From Thauera sp. (GTDB taxonomy: Bacteria; Pseudomonadota; Gammaproteobacteria; Burkholderiales; Rhodocyclaceae), in the NCBI GenBank assembly GCA_030603925.1, contig JAUVWV010000001.1:1-61993 (forward strand): DNA of 61,993 nt, written 5' to 3'. The position numbers and the translations under genes are program-made. Of this stretch, positions 29,069 through 39,903 are shown in pieces. The notes under the pieces are model-generated. The model was not told where the DNA came from and made no database searches. It saw nothing but the letters and a program-made list of their open reading frames with translations. The first letter of the stretch is position 1; every line of letters begins with the position of its first letter.

Positions 29069-30003
29069 GAGTCCTGGTCCTCCTGCCGGGCGACGCGCTG
29101 CAGGGGCAGCATCGGACTGGGTCCGGCGAGCCCGTCCTCGTATGGATGGGTGCGCTGTTGCGCGAAGCCGAGCACGCGATCGACGTACTGGCGCGTTTCA
29201 CGGTAGGGCGGAATGCCGCGGTGGCGGTCCACCGCCCCTTCGCCTGCATTGTAGGCGGCCACCGCGAGGCTGACGTCACCGCGGAAATAGGCCAGCAGCC
29301 AGCGCAGGTAGCGCAGCCCGCCACGGATGTTCTGTTCCGGATCCCACGGCTGGCGCACGTTGAAGCGCTCGGCGGTGGCCGGGATGAGCTGCATCACACC
29401 CATTGCCTTCTTGGGCGACAGGGCACGCGGATCGAGGGCCGATTCGGCCAGCGCCACCGCCAGCGCGAGGCGCGGGCTGACACCGTATTCGGGCGCCAGG
29501 TCGGTCACCATGCGCGCAATCGGGCGCCGCTCGGGGGCCAGTGCGGCGACGAAGCGCTCCGCGCTCCACAGGTCGGCGTACTGCAGGTGGCGCGGCGGAT
29601 GGAGGCAATCCGGCACGTCGCAGAGATACTCGCCGGTGTAGCGGCTCATGCGGGCTGCGTGTTGATGACCGAGAAAGGCCGCCATGGCGAACAGCGTGGC
29701 GGCATGGACATCGCTGCGCGTCACGCCGCGTCCGTTGGCATACATCCAGCCCAGCGCGTACATGCCTTCGGGGTCACCCAGGCGGGCGGATTCACAGTAC
29801 ATGGCCGCCGCTCGCACCATGTCGCGCGGTACGCCCTCGCCATGTTCGTAGGCCACCGCGCGCTGTGCGAGATAGCGCGCATGGGCGGCGAAGGCTGTCG
29901 CGACTGGATCGGACGGCTGCGCGTGCAGCGCACCGGCCGCCGCGCCCAGCACGAGTCCGCTGGCGACGCCGATGCACAACCGCACGCAGCGCATCCGCTC
30001 CAT
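29065..30003 (-). CDS. Sel1-repeat lytic transglycosylase (SLT)
   Basis: YEHGEGVPRD, LGWMYANGRGV (Sel1); AES, GVMQL, AAYNAGEGAV, ETRQYV (SLT). Confidence 0.9.
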   Translation of the reverse strand: MERMRCVRLCIGVASGLVLGAAAGALHAQPSDPVATAFAAHARYLAQRAVAYEHGEGVPRDMVRAAAMYCESARLGDPEGMYALGWMYANGRGVTRSDVHAATLFAMAAFLGHQHAARMSRYTGEYLCDVPDCLHPPRHLQYADLWSAERFVAALAPERRPIARMVTDLAPEYGVSPRLALAVALAESALDPRALSPKKAMGVMQLIPATAERFNVRQPWDPEQNIRGGLRYLRWLLAYFRGDVSLAVAAYNAGEGAVDRHRGIPPYRETRQYVDRVLGFAQQRTHPYEDGLAGPSPMLPLQRVARQEDQDS

Positions 30004-30105
30004 GAGTCCTCCCTGGCCGCCCGCCGCGCACCGCTGCCGGGTGTTCGCCCGGCGGTACCGGCAGACGCATTCGTATCACTTCTTCCTGCGTTCTAGCACC
30101 TGCGT

Positions 30106-31386
<1,281 letters not shown>

Positions 31387-31443
31387 GGAAACGCTTCCTT
31401 GTCTGTTCTTCAGTTCCGTACTGCCGGGGACCGACCTTCCGCG

Positions 31444-34251
31444 CTACAGCCCGGCGCGCAGATCGGCCGCCTCGCGGTGCAAGGGGGTATCGGCCGGCAC
31501 CTGCCCGAGCAGGGTATCCAGCTGTTCGCGCGCATCGGCCTTGCGGTCGAGCTTCAGATAGGCCTTGGCGAGGTTCATGCGCAGCGGCGGCAACTGCGGT
31601 GCGAGCGACACTGCGCGGGTCAGGCTGGCCAAGCCCTTCTCGCTGTCGCCCCGCTCGATCAGCAGCATGCCCAGGGTGTCCAGGATGGCGGGGTTGTCCG
31701 GCGCCAGCGCGAGCGCGCGCTCGGCATGGGCGACCGCCGCCGGATCCTTGAGCTGGCCGGCCACCCAGGCCAGGTTGTTGTACACCAGCGCATTGTCGGG
31801 CACGACGCGCAACAGCTCCTCGTACAGCGCCTTCGCCTCGACCAACTTGTTCTGCGAGATCGCGCGCTCGGCCAGGTAGCTGCGCATCACCGTGTCGTTG
31901 CGCTGGGTGCGCAGGTACTCGGCGGCCAGCCGGCCGGCCTCGGCATCGCGCCCCAGACGCAGCAGGGCGGCATGCTGCTTCACAGTGACCTCGCCGGCGC
32001 GTGGCCCGTTCGCAGCCTTGCGGAAGGCGGCGACCGCCTGCTCCCAGTTGCTGCGCCGCACGTGGACGTCGCCTTCAGCCTCCTGGCCCATCGCGGCAAG
32101 CGCCGGTCTTGCCTGCATCTCGCGCGCCTGCACGAGCGCGTCATCGAAACGCTGCTGCTCCATCAGCAGCAGCACCAGGCGGCGCCGGGCTTCGACCTGC
32201 TCGGGCTGCATGGCGATGGCGCGCCGCAGGGTCTGTTCGGCGCCGTTCAGATCCTTGGCGGCCTGCTGCACGCCGGCCATCTCGACCAGCGGCGCCGGCG
32301 ATTGTGGCAGCAGGTTCGCCAGCCGTCCGTAGGCGCTGATGGCCTGCTGGTGCTCGCCGGCCGCGGTCTGCGCACGGGCAAGCGCCTCGACGGCGGCCGG
32401 CAGGTTCGGATTGGCCGCCGCAAGCTCCTGGGCCACCGCGAGCGCGCGACGATTGTCGCCCTGGCGCAGGTGGTGGCGCACCATGGCAAGCCGCGGCTGC
32501 ACCGCGCCGGGCACCGCCGCGGCGGCACGCTCGAGGATCGCCTGCACTTCGCCGGCGGGCGCCGCGCTGACGGTCTTCAGATCGGCGTAGGCCACATAGG
32601 CCTCGGGGTTGGACGGATAGGCCTTCAGATAGGCCTCGAAACGCCCCGCGGCGGCCGGCGCGGCACCTTCGGACAAGTCGATGCGCGCAAGGTTGATGAC
32701 GGCGGCGAGCAGTTCCGGGTTCACCTGCAGCGCCTTCTCGAAGGCGGCCCTCGCGCCCGCCGCGTCACGTCGGGACATCAGCACCCCGCCTTTCAGGTTG
32801 TAGGCCTCGGCATTGTCCGGCTGCTTGGCGATCAGCGCATCCGCCGCCTCCAACGCGCGCGCGGTGTTGCCGGCGCGCAGATGCGCGAGGATCAATGCAG
32901 CATCGGCCTGGAAGCCGGGGGCATCCATTGCCGCGGCGGCCTCCAGATCGGCCAGCGCCTGCACCGATTCACCGGTGCCCAGGCGCGCCACGCCCAGGCG
33001 CATGCGCGCACCCGGGCTGTCCGGCTGGATCGCCGAGGCGCGGGCGAAATACTCCGCGGCACGCTCGAACTCGCCGTTTGCCAACAGCACCTGCCCGATC
33101 ACCGTCAGGCTGCGGATGTCGGTCGGGGCGGCATCGATCAGCGGCCCGATGGTTTCGAGCGCGCGCGCCGGCTGCGAGGTCGCCACCAGGGACAGGGCCA
33201 TCAACTGGCGCGCCACCGACTGACCGGGAACGAGGTCCAGCACCCGGCCGAGATGCGCCTGAGCCTGCAACTGCTCGCCACTGCGGAACAGCACGCTGCC
33301 GGCGAGCAGGTGCCCGGGCAGGAAATCCGGCGCGCTGCGCAATGCCAGCTGAACCTGTTCGCGCGCCTCCGCATCGCGCCCTTCGCGGTAGGCCATCAGC
33401 GCCTGCAGGTAGCGCGTGCCCGGATTGTCGGGACTGGCCTGGCGCATGGTTTCGAGCTGCGCCCTGGCCTCGTCGACCCGCCCCAGACGCAGCAGCAGAG
33501 TGACCAGTTCGTAGCGGTAGGCGAGCGTATCCGCCCGGCTGCGCACCGCGGCGGAAAGGGCGTCCACCGCCGCATCGGGGCGGTTCAGCGCCATCATGAT
33601 CTGCGCCTGCAGCGCATGGGCTTCAGCGTGCTCGGGGTGCTGCTGCAGCAGGCCGGCCAGCTCGCGTTGCGCGCCCTCGATGTCGTCGGCAAACAGCATC
33701 GCGCGGGCCAGCCCGAGGCGCGCCCCGGCGTCGTCCGGCGCGGCCGCCGTGGCCGCTGCGTAGGCCACGCGCGCCTGCTCCACCTGGGCCTTGGCCAGAT
33801 ACGCCGTTCCCAGCGCAGCGGACAGTCGCGCCTGCGCGGCCTCGTCGGTCAGCCGGGTCTTGCCGTAGCGCGCGATCACCTGGTCGAACTCGGCCGTGCG
33901 CACCAGGGCGGAGGCCAGCAGCGGCGCCACCCGCTCGGCCGGCACGCCGAGTTCCTCGGCACGCTGCAGTTCCTTGACCGCACCAGGCACATCGCCCAGT
34001 TCGAGATTCACCTGGCCGAGCAGGAAGCGCGCCTCGGCCAGCGATCCGTCCTTCTGCAGGGCGTTCTTCAGCTGGATGCTGGCCGCCTGCAGGTCCTGCT
34101 TGGCCAGATAGCCGCGCGCCGAATCGAGCAGTTTGTCGGGCGAGTCGCCGCAGCCGCCGAGCAACGCCCCGGCGAGCAGCGCAAGCATCAGGGTGGCAGC
34201 GGGGCGGCGGCGCGGGGCCGGGCTACGGGCGTGGTGCGGAGTGGATGACAC
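31444..34251 (-). CDS. prsT: PEP-CTERM system TPR-repeat lipoprotein PrsT
   Basis: Lipobox LLGGC, IQLKNALQ, many TPRs, NNLAW..., ILDTLG; follows prsR. Confidence 0.92.
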   Translation of the reverse strand: MSSTPHHARSPAPRRRPAATLMLALLAGALLGGCGDSPDKLLDSARGYLAKQDLQAASIQLKNALQKDGSLAEARFLLGQVNLELGDVPGAVKELQRAEELGVPAERVAPLLASALVRTAEFDQVIARYGKTRLTDEAAQARLSAALGTAYLAKAQVEQARVAYAAATAAAPDDAGARLGLARAMLFADDIEGAQRELAGLLQQHPEHAEAHALQAQIMMALNRPDAAVDALSAAVRSRADTLAYRYELVTLLLRLGRVDEARAQLETMRQASPDNPGTRYLQALMAYREGRDAEAREQVQLALRSAPDFLPGHLLAGSVLFRSGEQLQAQAHLGRVLDLVPGQSVARQLMALSLVATSQPARALETIGPLIDAAPTDIRSLTVIGQVLLANGEFERAAEYFARASAIQPDSPGARMRLGVARLGTGESVQALADLEAAAAMDAPGFQADAALILAHLRAGNTARALEAADALIAKQPDNAEAYNLKGGVLMSRRDAAGARAAFEKALQVNPELLAAVINLARIDLSEGAAPAAAGRFEAYLKAYPSNPEAYVAYADLKTVSAAPAGEVQAILERAAAAVPGAVQPRLAMVRHHLRQGDNRRALAVAQELAAANPNLPAAVEALARAQTAAGEHQQAISAYGRLANLLPQSPAPLVEMAGVQQAAKDLNGAEQTLRRAIAMQPEQVEARRRLVLLLMEQQRFDDALVQAREMQARPALAAMGQEAEGDVHVRRSNWEQAVAAFRKAANGPRAGEVTVKQHAALLRLGRDAEAGRLAAEYLRTQRNDTVMRSYLAERAISQNKLVEAKALYEELLRVVPDNALVYNNLAWVAGQLKDPAAVAHAERALALAPDNPAILDTLGMLLIERGDSEKGLASLTRAVSLAPQLPPLRMNLAKAYLKLDRKADAREQLDTLLGQVPADTPLHREAADLRAGL

Positions 34252-34253
34252 GG

Positions 34254-35612
34254 TCAGGACTCCTTCTTGATGCCGAAGCGGTTCATCAGGTCGTACAGCG
34301 AGGGGCGGCTGACGCCGAGGATTTCCGCCGCCCGGGCAATGTTGCCGTTGGTGCGCGCGAGCACCCGCACCACGGCCTGGCGCTCGGCCTCCTCGCGCAC
34401 CTGGCGCAGGTTGAAGAAGCCGAGGTCGGCTTCGGCGCTGGCCAGGCCCAGGTCGTCGGCGGTGATGCGGTTGCCGTCGGCCATGATCACTGCGCGCTTC
34501 AGGCAGTTCTCCAGCTCGCGTACGTTGCCCGGCCAGCGGTGCGCGCCGATCGCGTCGAGCGCGTCGTCGGTGAGCTGCATGCTGCCGCGCCGGTTCTCGC
34601 CCGCGAAGCGCTGCACGAAGGCATGGGCGAGCAGTGCCGCATCGCCTTCGCGTTCGCGCAGCGGCGGGATGTCGATGACAATCTCGGCGAGGCGGTAGTA
34701 GAGGTCCTCGCGGAACAGGCTCTCGGCGATGCGCGCCTTCAGGTCGCGGTGGGTGGCGCAGACCACCCGCACATCCACCGCAATGGCCTCGCGGCCGCCG
34801 ATCCGCTCGATCTCGCGCTCCTGCAGGAAACGCAGCAGCTTGGCCTGCAGAGACATCGGCAGGTCGCCGATCTCGTCGAGGACCAAGGTGCCCTTGTGTG
34901 CCAGTTCGATCTTGCCCTGCGTCTGCTTGACCGCGCCGGTGAAGGCCCCCTTCTCGTAGCCGAACAGCTCGCTCTCCAGCAGGTTCTCCGGGATGGCGGC
35001 ACAGTTGATCGCCACGAAACGCCCGGAGCGCCGCGGCGACAGCGCATGCAGGCCGCGCGCCAGCACCTCCTTGCCGGTGCCGCTCTCGCCCAGCAGGGCC
35101 ACGGTGACGTTGGCCGAGGCCACTTTTTCCACCGTGCGGCAGACTTTCAGCATGGCGGCATCGCGCGTCAGCAGGCCATCCAGCGCGCTGCCCAGGCCGG
35201 CCTGCAGGCGCTGGTTCTCGGCCTGCAGGTCGTGCAGGCGGAAGGCGCGTTCGATGGTCAGGGTCAGCAGTTCGGGTTCGAAGGGCTTGGCAAAGAAATC
35301 GTAGGCCCCCATGCCCACCGCGCGCACCGCGTTCTCGCGGTCGTGCTGGCCGGTGAGCACGATGACCTTGGTTTCGGGCGCGAGGCTCAGCATCTCGCCC
35401 AGCAGGCGGAAGCCCTCGCCCACGTCGTCGGGCTCCGGCGGCAGACCGAGGTCCATGGTGACCACGGCCGGCTCATGCCGGCGCAACTGGGCGATCGCGC
35501 CCTCGCGCTCGCCCGCGACGACGGTCTCGAAGGCGTCGAATGCCCAGCGCATCTGCTTCTGCAGCGCGGGGTCGTCCTCGACGATCAGCAGGGTGCGGCG
35601 CTTCTCGGACAT
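34254..35612 (-). CDS. prsR: PEP-CTERM-box sigma54-dependent response regulator PrsR
   Basis: REC (VEDDPALQKQMRW, MDLGLPP), GESGTGKE, GAFTGA, WPGNVRELEN, Fis HTH. Confidence 0.95.
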   Translation of the reverse strand: MSEKRRTLLIVEDDPALQKQMRWAFDAFETVVAGEREGAIAQLRRHEPAVVTMDLGLPPEPDDVGEGFRLLGEMLSLAPETKVIVLTGQHDRENAVRAVGMGAYDFFAKPFEPELLTLTIERAFRLHDLQAENQRLQAGLGSALDGLLTRDAAMLKVCRTVEKVASANVTVALLGESGTGKEVLARGLHALSPRRSGRFVAINCAAIPENLLESELFGYEKGAFTGAVKQTQGKIELAHKGTLVLDEIGDLPMSLQAKLLRFLQEREIERIGGREAIAVDVRVVCATHRDLKARIAESLFREDLYYRLAEIVIDIPPLREREGDAALLAHAFVQRFAGENRRGSMQLTDDALDAIGAHRWPGNVRELENCLKRAVIMADGNRITADDLGLASAEADLGFFNLRQVREEAERQAVVRVLARTNGNIARAAEILGVSRPSLYDLMNRFGIKKES

Positions 35613-35615
35613 GGT

Positions 35616-37745
35616 TCAGGCCCGCAGGATTTCGGAATCGGTGTGCGGCGGCGCATCGGATGCCGCCGGAACGGGTGCCGCCTGCTCACGCAGCCGGCGC
35701 GGCAGTCTGATCTCCACCCGGGTGCCCCGCCCTTCCTCGCTATCGTAGGTGATGGTTCCGCCAAGCTCGCGGATGTACTGGCTGGTCTCATACACCCCAA
35801 GCCCCATGCCGCCTTCCTTGGTGGTCTGGAATGGCCGCGACAGCCGTTCGCGGATGAAGGCCTGCGACATGCCGCAGCCGGAATCCTGCACTTCGAGACA
35901 CACGCTGCCGTCCTCACCATCATGCAGATTCAATGTCACATTACCACTCTCGGGCGTGGCGTCGAGGGCATTTTGCACAACATGCCCCAGCACCCGTTCC
36001 AGCCTGTCGGCATGCGCCATGACTTCGCTCACGGTCTCGCCCTCCGGCACGCTTGCCAGGGTCGGCGCCGGGCGCTGCGAGCGTTTCGCGCCGCAGATGC
36101 GCCCGAGCATGGCGTGCAGGTCCACCGGACGCGGCGCCTCGATCGAACGCTTCTCCTGCAGCTGGCTCATCAGCCCGCGCATGCGTGCTTCGACGTGCGC
36201 GACGGTCTCCAGCATGTCCTGCTGGAACTCGGGATTGTCGCGGTGGCGTTCGGCGTTCTTCAGCATCAGCGACAACTGGGCCACCAGGTTCTTCAGGTCG
36301 TGCACCACGAAGGCCGACATGCGGTTGAAGGAGTCGAACTTGCGCGCCTCGATCAGCGCCTCGGTGACCTGCATGCGGGCCAGGTAGCTCGCGGCCTGGC
36401 GCTGCGCCGTCTTCAGCAGATCGAGCACCTCCCAGTTGATCTCGAAGGGCGTGCGCGGCGCATTCAGCACCACGAAGCCGACCAGCCGCCCGGCGGACTT
36501 GAGCGGAATCACCAGCCAGGCATCCTCGAGACGGAGCAGCCATTCGGGCAGTACCAGTTCGCCGTAGTGCGAGCGGCGCACGCGGAACTCCTCCAGGCTC
36601 ACCACCCACTCGCGCGCCTCGAGAAAGCGGCACAGGGCGCCGTCCTCCGCCTCGCTGGCCGCACTGGCCGGCGTGTTGAGGCGCGAATGCTGGGTGTAGC
36701 GGCCTTCGCCGTTGCGCAGCCAGAGCCCGCCGCCCGGGCTTTCCACGAGGTCGGACAGCGCCTTGATCACCGACTGGCCGAGATCGAGCGCATCGCCCGC
36801 GGACGAAAGCGCCTGGGTGAAGCGCAGCCACTCGGTGCGGTAGTCGTAGCGGTACGGAAACAGATGCTTGTTGAGCAGCACGCGCAGACGGGCGCGACTG
36901 GCCCCCGAGCCGATGAACAGTCCCAGCAGCAGCAGCCCGGCGAACAGCAGGGCCATCTGCAGCGCCCGCCCCCAGTCGCCGCCCATGTAGCGCACGTAGT
37001 AGCCCGCCGCCGCGATCACCAGCAGATAGGCACCGGCCACCGCCAGCGCGGTGGAGTGGAACACCACCTCGCGCGACACCGAGATGCACAGCGTCCACGC
37101 CGGATTGCGCGCCGCCGACACGGCGATCAGCGGAATCACCATCGCATGCACCAGGCCGCGCACCGACCACACGTCGGGATCCAGGCGGGCGAACAGGAAA
37201 CCGTCGGCAAAGAAGTACAGCTCGAACATCCAGCCGGCCGCCAGTCCCAGGCACAACGGCTTGAGCCCCCAGCGCGAATCGGTCGGCAGACCGCGGAAGA
37301 GTTGTTCGACCAGCACCAGGCCGAGCACCGCACCGGCCAGGAAGACGCCCAGCGGAAACTTGTCCGCCGCCGGATCGCCGGCCAGCAGTTCGGCCGGCAG
37401 CAGCACCGACACCAGCATCGACAGCACCAGGGCCACCGACACCAGCACCGGCCAGCGCGCCCGCGCCAGGCCGAGCGGCTGCAGCAGAACCAGCAGGAAG
37501 GCGTACCAGGCGGCAACCCGCAGCACTTCCAGAACGCCGGCCAGCCGCATCAACCCGACCGACGGCGCCCAGGCAAAGAAGGCCGCACCCAGCGCCCACA
37601 GCACGCTGAGTCCGACGGCGAGCAGCAAGGCCCCGCCGGCCCGCCCGCCACGCCATGCGCCCAGCAGGTACAGCGCAAACACCGCGTAGGCAGCCGCCGC
37701 CAGGCCGTAACCCCAGACAGCAACCGCGGAGAACTCAGCGAACAT
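35616..37745 (-). CDS. prsK: PEP-CTERM system histidine kinase PrsK
   Basis: Multi-TM N-terminus, YRYDYRTEWLRF, GAF-like region, FNRMSAFVVHDLKN H-box, NALDA, GMGLG. Confidence 0.95.
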   Translation of the reverse strand: MFAEFSAVAVWGYGLAAAAYAVFALYLLGAWRGGRAGGALLLAVGLSVLWALGAAFFAWAPSVGLMRLAGVLEVLRVAAWYAFLLVLLQPLGLARARWPVLVSVALVLSMLVSVLLPAELLAGDPAADKFPLGVFLAGAVLGLVLVEQLFRGLPTDSRWGLKPLCLGLAAGWMFELYFFADGFLFARLDPDVWSVRGLVHAMVIPLIAVSAARNPAWTLCISVSREVVFHSTALAVAGAYLLVIAAAGYYVRYMGGDWGRALQMALLFAGLLLLGLFIGSGASRARLRVLLNKHLFPYRYDYRTEWLRFTQALSSAGDALDLGQSVIKALSDLVESPGGGLWLRNGEGRYTQHSRLNTPASAASEAEDGALCRFLEAREWVVSLEEFRVRRSHYGELVLPEWLLRLEDAWLVIPLKSAGRLVGFVVLNAPRTPFEINWEVLDLLKTAQRQAASYLARMQVTEALIEARKFDSFNRMSAFVVHDLKNLVAQLSLMLKNAERHRDNPEFQQDMLETVAHVEARMRGLMSQLQEKRSIEAPRPVDLHAMLGRICGAKRSQRPAPTLASVPEGETVSEVMAHADRLERVLGHVVQNALDATPESGNVTLNLHDGEDGSVCLEVQDSGCGMSQAFIRERLSRPFQTTKEGGMGLGVYETSQYIRELGGTITYDSEEGRGTRVEIRLPRRLREQAAPVPAASDAPPHTDSEILRA

Positions 37746-37851
37746 GCAGGATCCGCCTATCGGCAGGGCGTCGGTTCAGCCCCGGGCTCAACCCCGGGAT
37801 CGATTGCGGGCGCCACCCCGGCCCGCCCCGACGCCCGCCGGGCCGGGTGCC

Positions 37852-39237
37852 TCAATGCGCCCCCTCGCCGGTCAGCACCACGCGGATGGTTTCCAGCAGG
37901 ATCAGGGTGTCGAGCACCAGGGTGTGGTTCTTCACGTAGTACAGGTCGTACTGCAGCTTGTTGACGGCGTCATCCACCGACGAACCGTACTGGTAGCGCA
38001 CCTGGGCCCAGCCGGTGAGCCCGGGCTTGACGCTGTGGCGCACGGCATAGAAGGGAATGTCGCGGGTCAGCTGGTCAACGAAATAGGGGCGCTCCGGACG
38101 CGGCCCCACCAGACTCATGTGGCCCGCCAGCACGTTGAACAGCTGCGGCAGTTCGTCGATGCGCAGGCGGCGGATCAGGCGCCCCACCCGCGTGGTGCGG
38201 TCGTCGTCGGCGCTCGCCCAGCGCGGCCGCCCGTCGCGCTCGGCATCGCGGCGCATGCTGCGGAACTTGATCACCTTGAACACCCGTCCGCCTTGCCCGA
38301 CGCGTTCCTGCCGGTAGAACACCGGCGCACCGTCCTCGATCAGGATCGCCAGCATGGTGAGCAGCATCACCGGCAGGGCCAGCACCAGCAGCACCGCAGC
38401 GGCCAGCAGATCGAAGCAGCGCTTGACGAAGGAACGCGCGCGCCCCTGGCGGAAACCGTCGCCGTAGATCAGCCAGCTCGCCTTGAGCGAATCGATGCGG
38501 ACCTGCCCGGAGACATGCTCGAAGAAGCCGGTCAGGTCATGCACCTTGACGCCGTGCAGCTTGCAGTCGAGCAGTTCGCGCAGCGGCAGCACCCCGCCGC
38601 GCCGCTCGCGCACCGCGACGATCACCTGTCCCACGCGATGTTGGCGCACCACGTCGAGCAGGCGCCCGCCCTGGCCGAGCACCCGCTCGGGCGCCACCTC
38701 GCGCGGGTGCTCGTCATTGGGCAGGTAGAAACCCACCAGCTCCATGCCGCTGGCGGCCGGACGGCTCAGCGCATGCTCCACCGACAGCGCGTCCGTGCCC
38801 CCGCCGACGATCAGTGCGCGCCGGGTGAACAGCGCATGCGCCTGGCGCCGGTTGAGCGCACCGCGCATCGCCAGCACCGCGCCGAGCAGCAGCAAGACGG
38901 TGAGCTGGATCGCTTCCGAGGCAAAGTAGTCCCACGGCAGGACGAGAAAGATCGCATAGGCCACGGGAATGCTGACCGCCACGCCCAGCGCGACCCGCAC
39001 AAGGGAATCGCGCGGCGAGCCGGTGGCGGTGGGACGGTACAGGCCGAGCACGCTGTTGAGGATGATCATCGCCACCGCGAACAGCATCGCGGAGGGCACC
39101 ACCAGCCGCCAGTCGGTGTTGCCCACGCCGAACTGGAAGGTCACCGCAAGAATGACCGCCAGACACAGCAGCGCCGCGTCCATCAGGATCTGAAACAGGG
39201 TGTGAGACGGAAAATAATGGCTGAAGACCTTCAGCAT
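37852..39237 (-). CDS. PEP-CTERM-associated priming sugar transferase (polyprenyl-phosphate glycosylphosphotransferase)
   Basis: MLKVFSHYFP start after GGAGG; KRCFD, YRQERVG, KFRSM, RIDELPQ, GPRPERP, KPGLTGWAQV, KLQYDLYY. Confidence 0.93.
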   Translation of the reverse strand: MLKVFSHYFPSHTLFQILMDAALLCLAVILAVTFQFGVGNTDWRLVVPSAMLFAVAMIILNSVLGLYRPTATGSPRDSLVRVALGVAVSIPVAYAIFLVLPWDYFASEAIQLTVLLLLGAVLAMRGALNRRQAHALFTRRALIVGGGTDALSVEHALSRPAASGMELVGFYLPNDEHPREVAPERVLGQGGRLLDVVRQHRVGQVIVAVRERRGGVLPLRELLDCKLHGVKVHDLTGFFEHVSGQVRIDSLKASWLIYGDGFRQGRARSFVKRCFDLLAAAVLLVLALPVMLLTMLAILIEDGAPVFYRQERVGQGGRVFKVIKFRSMRRDAERDGRPRWASADDDRTTRVGRLIRRLRIDELPQLFNVLAGHMSLVGPRPERPYFVDQLTRDIPFYAVRHSVKPGLTGWAQVRYQYGSSVDDAVNKLQYDLYYVKNHTLVLDTLILLETIRVVLTGEGAH

Positions 39238-39455
39238 GACCCTTCCTCCCTGGCCGGCGGATGCCTCCGCGACGGCGTGTTCGGCAACTTGGTTGCTCAC
39301 ACCTTATAGGACGTCACCGGACACCGATGTTAAACCCGTCACGCCCGCTTGCGTCGCCCTTTTGCATGACGATTACAAGCGCACAGCCCGAACCGGGCAG
39401 TCGGTCCAGAAGACCGTGCCGACCACTGTGCGTCGTCCGCCAGGCCGCACGGGGA

Positions 39456-39490
39456 TTGCGCTTTCCGCCAGCGACTGTATATACTTACAC
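39456..39490 (+). promoter_or_regulatory. Putative sigma70 promoter overlapped by an SOS-box-like 16-mer
   Basis: TTGCGC (39456-61), N18, TATACT (39480-85); CTGTATATACTTACAC (39475-90) differs from CTGT-N8-ACAG at one base. Confidence 0.4.
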
Positions 39491-39544
39491 CACTTCGCAA
39501 GCCGCCATCACCGGCTCCCATCCGACGCTGCAGAGAGGCTATCC

Positions 39545-39703
39545 ATGGAACGCTTGATCAATCCGCTGCCCACCGTGTGCGGCGCCGCCGCCGGCCTGGC
39601 GATCGGTGTCGGTCAGCCGGCCGGAGGCATCCTTCTGGCGATGCTGGGCATCGGGCTGAGCTGTATCCTGCGCGCCCGCATGCAGTCCGCGGAAGACCTC
39701 TGA
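39545..39703 (+). CDS. Small hydrophobic protein, 52 aa
   Basis: GAGAGG RBS; MERLINPLPTVCGAAAGLAIGVGQPAGGILLAMLGIGLSCILRARMQSAEDL*. Confidence 0.55.
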   Translation: MERLINPLPTVCGAAAGLAIGVGQPAGGILLAMLGIGLSCILRARMQSAEDL

Positions 39704-39903
39704 ACACGCCCATACGACGGCACAGCGGAAACGTCTTGTTACGTTCCGCCCCTCTCCTTCTTCATAGCCGCGAATTCGCGACTTGTCCCGTGCGGTAACA
39801 TTCCGCCGCCGGAAGCACGCCGTTTTGCTACGCAAAGGTTTACCGGGCCCAGGGCGGGGATCAGAATACCCGCACTCGCGTATCGATCATTTGTCCGGAC
39901 ACC

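Noticed and set aside
39811-39830. GGAAGCACGCCGTTTTGCTA as a sigma54 promoter
   Set aside because: It lacks GG at the required 10-nt spacing from the GC.
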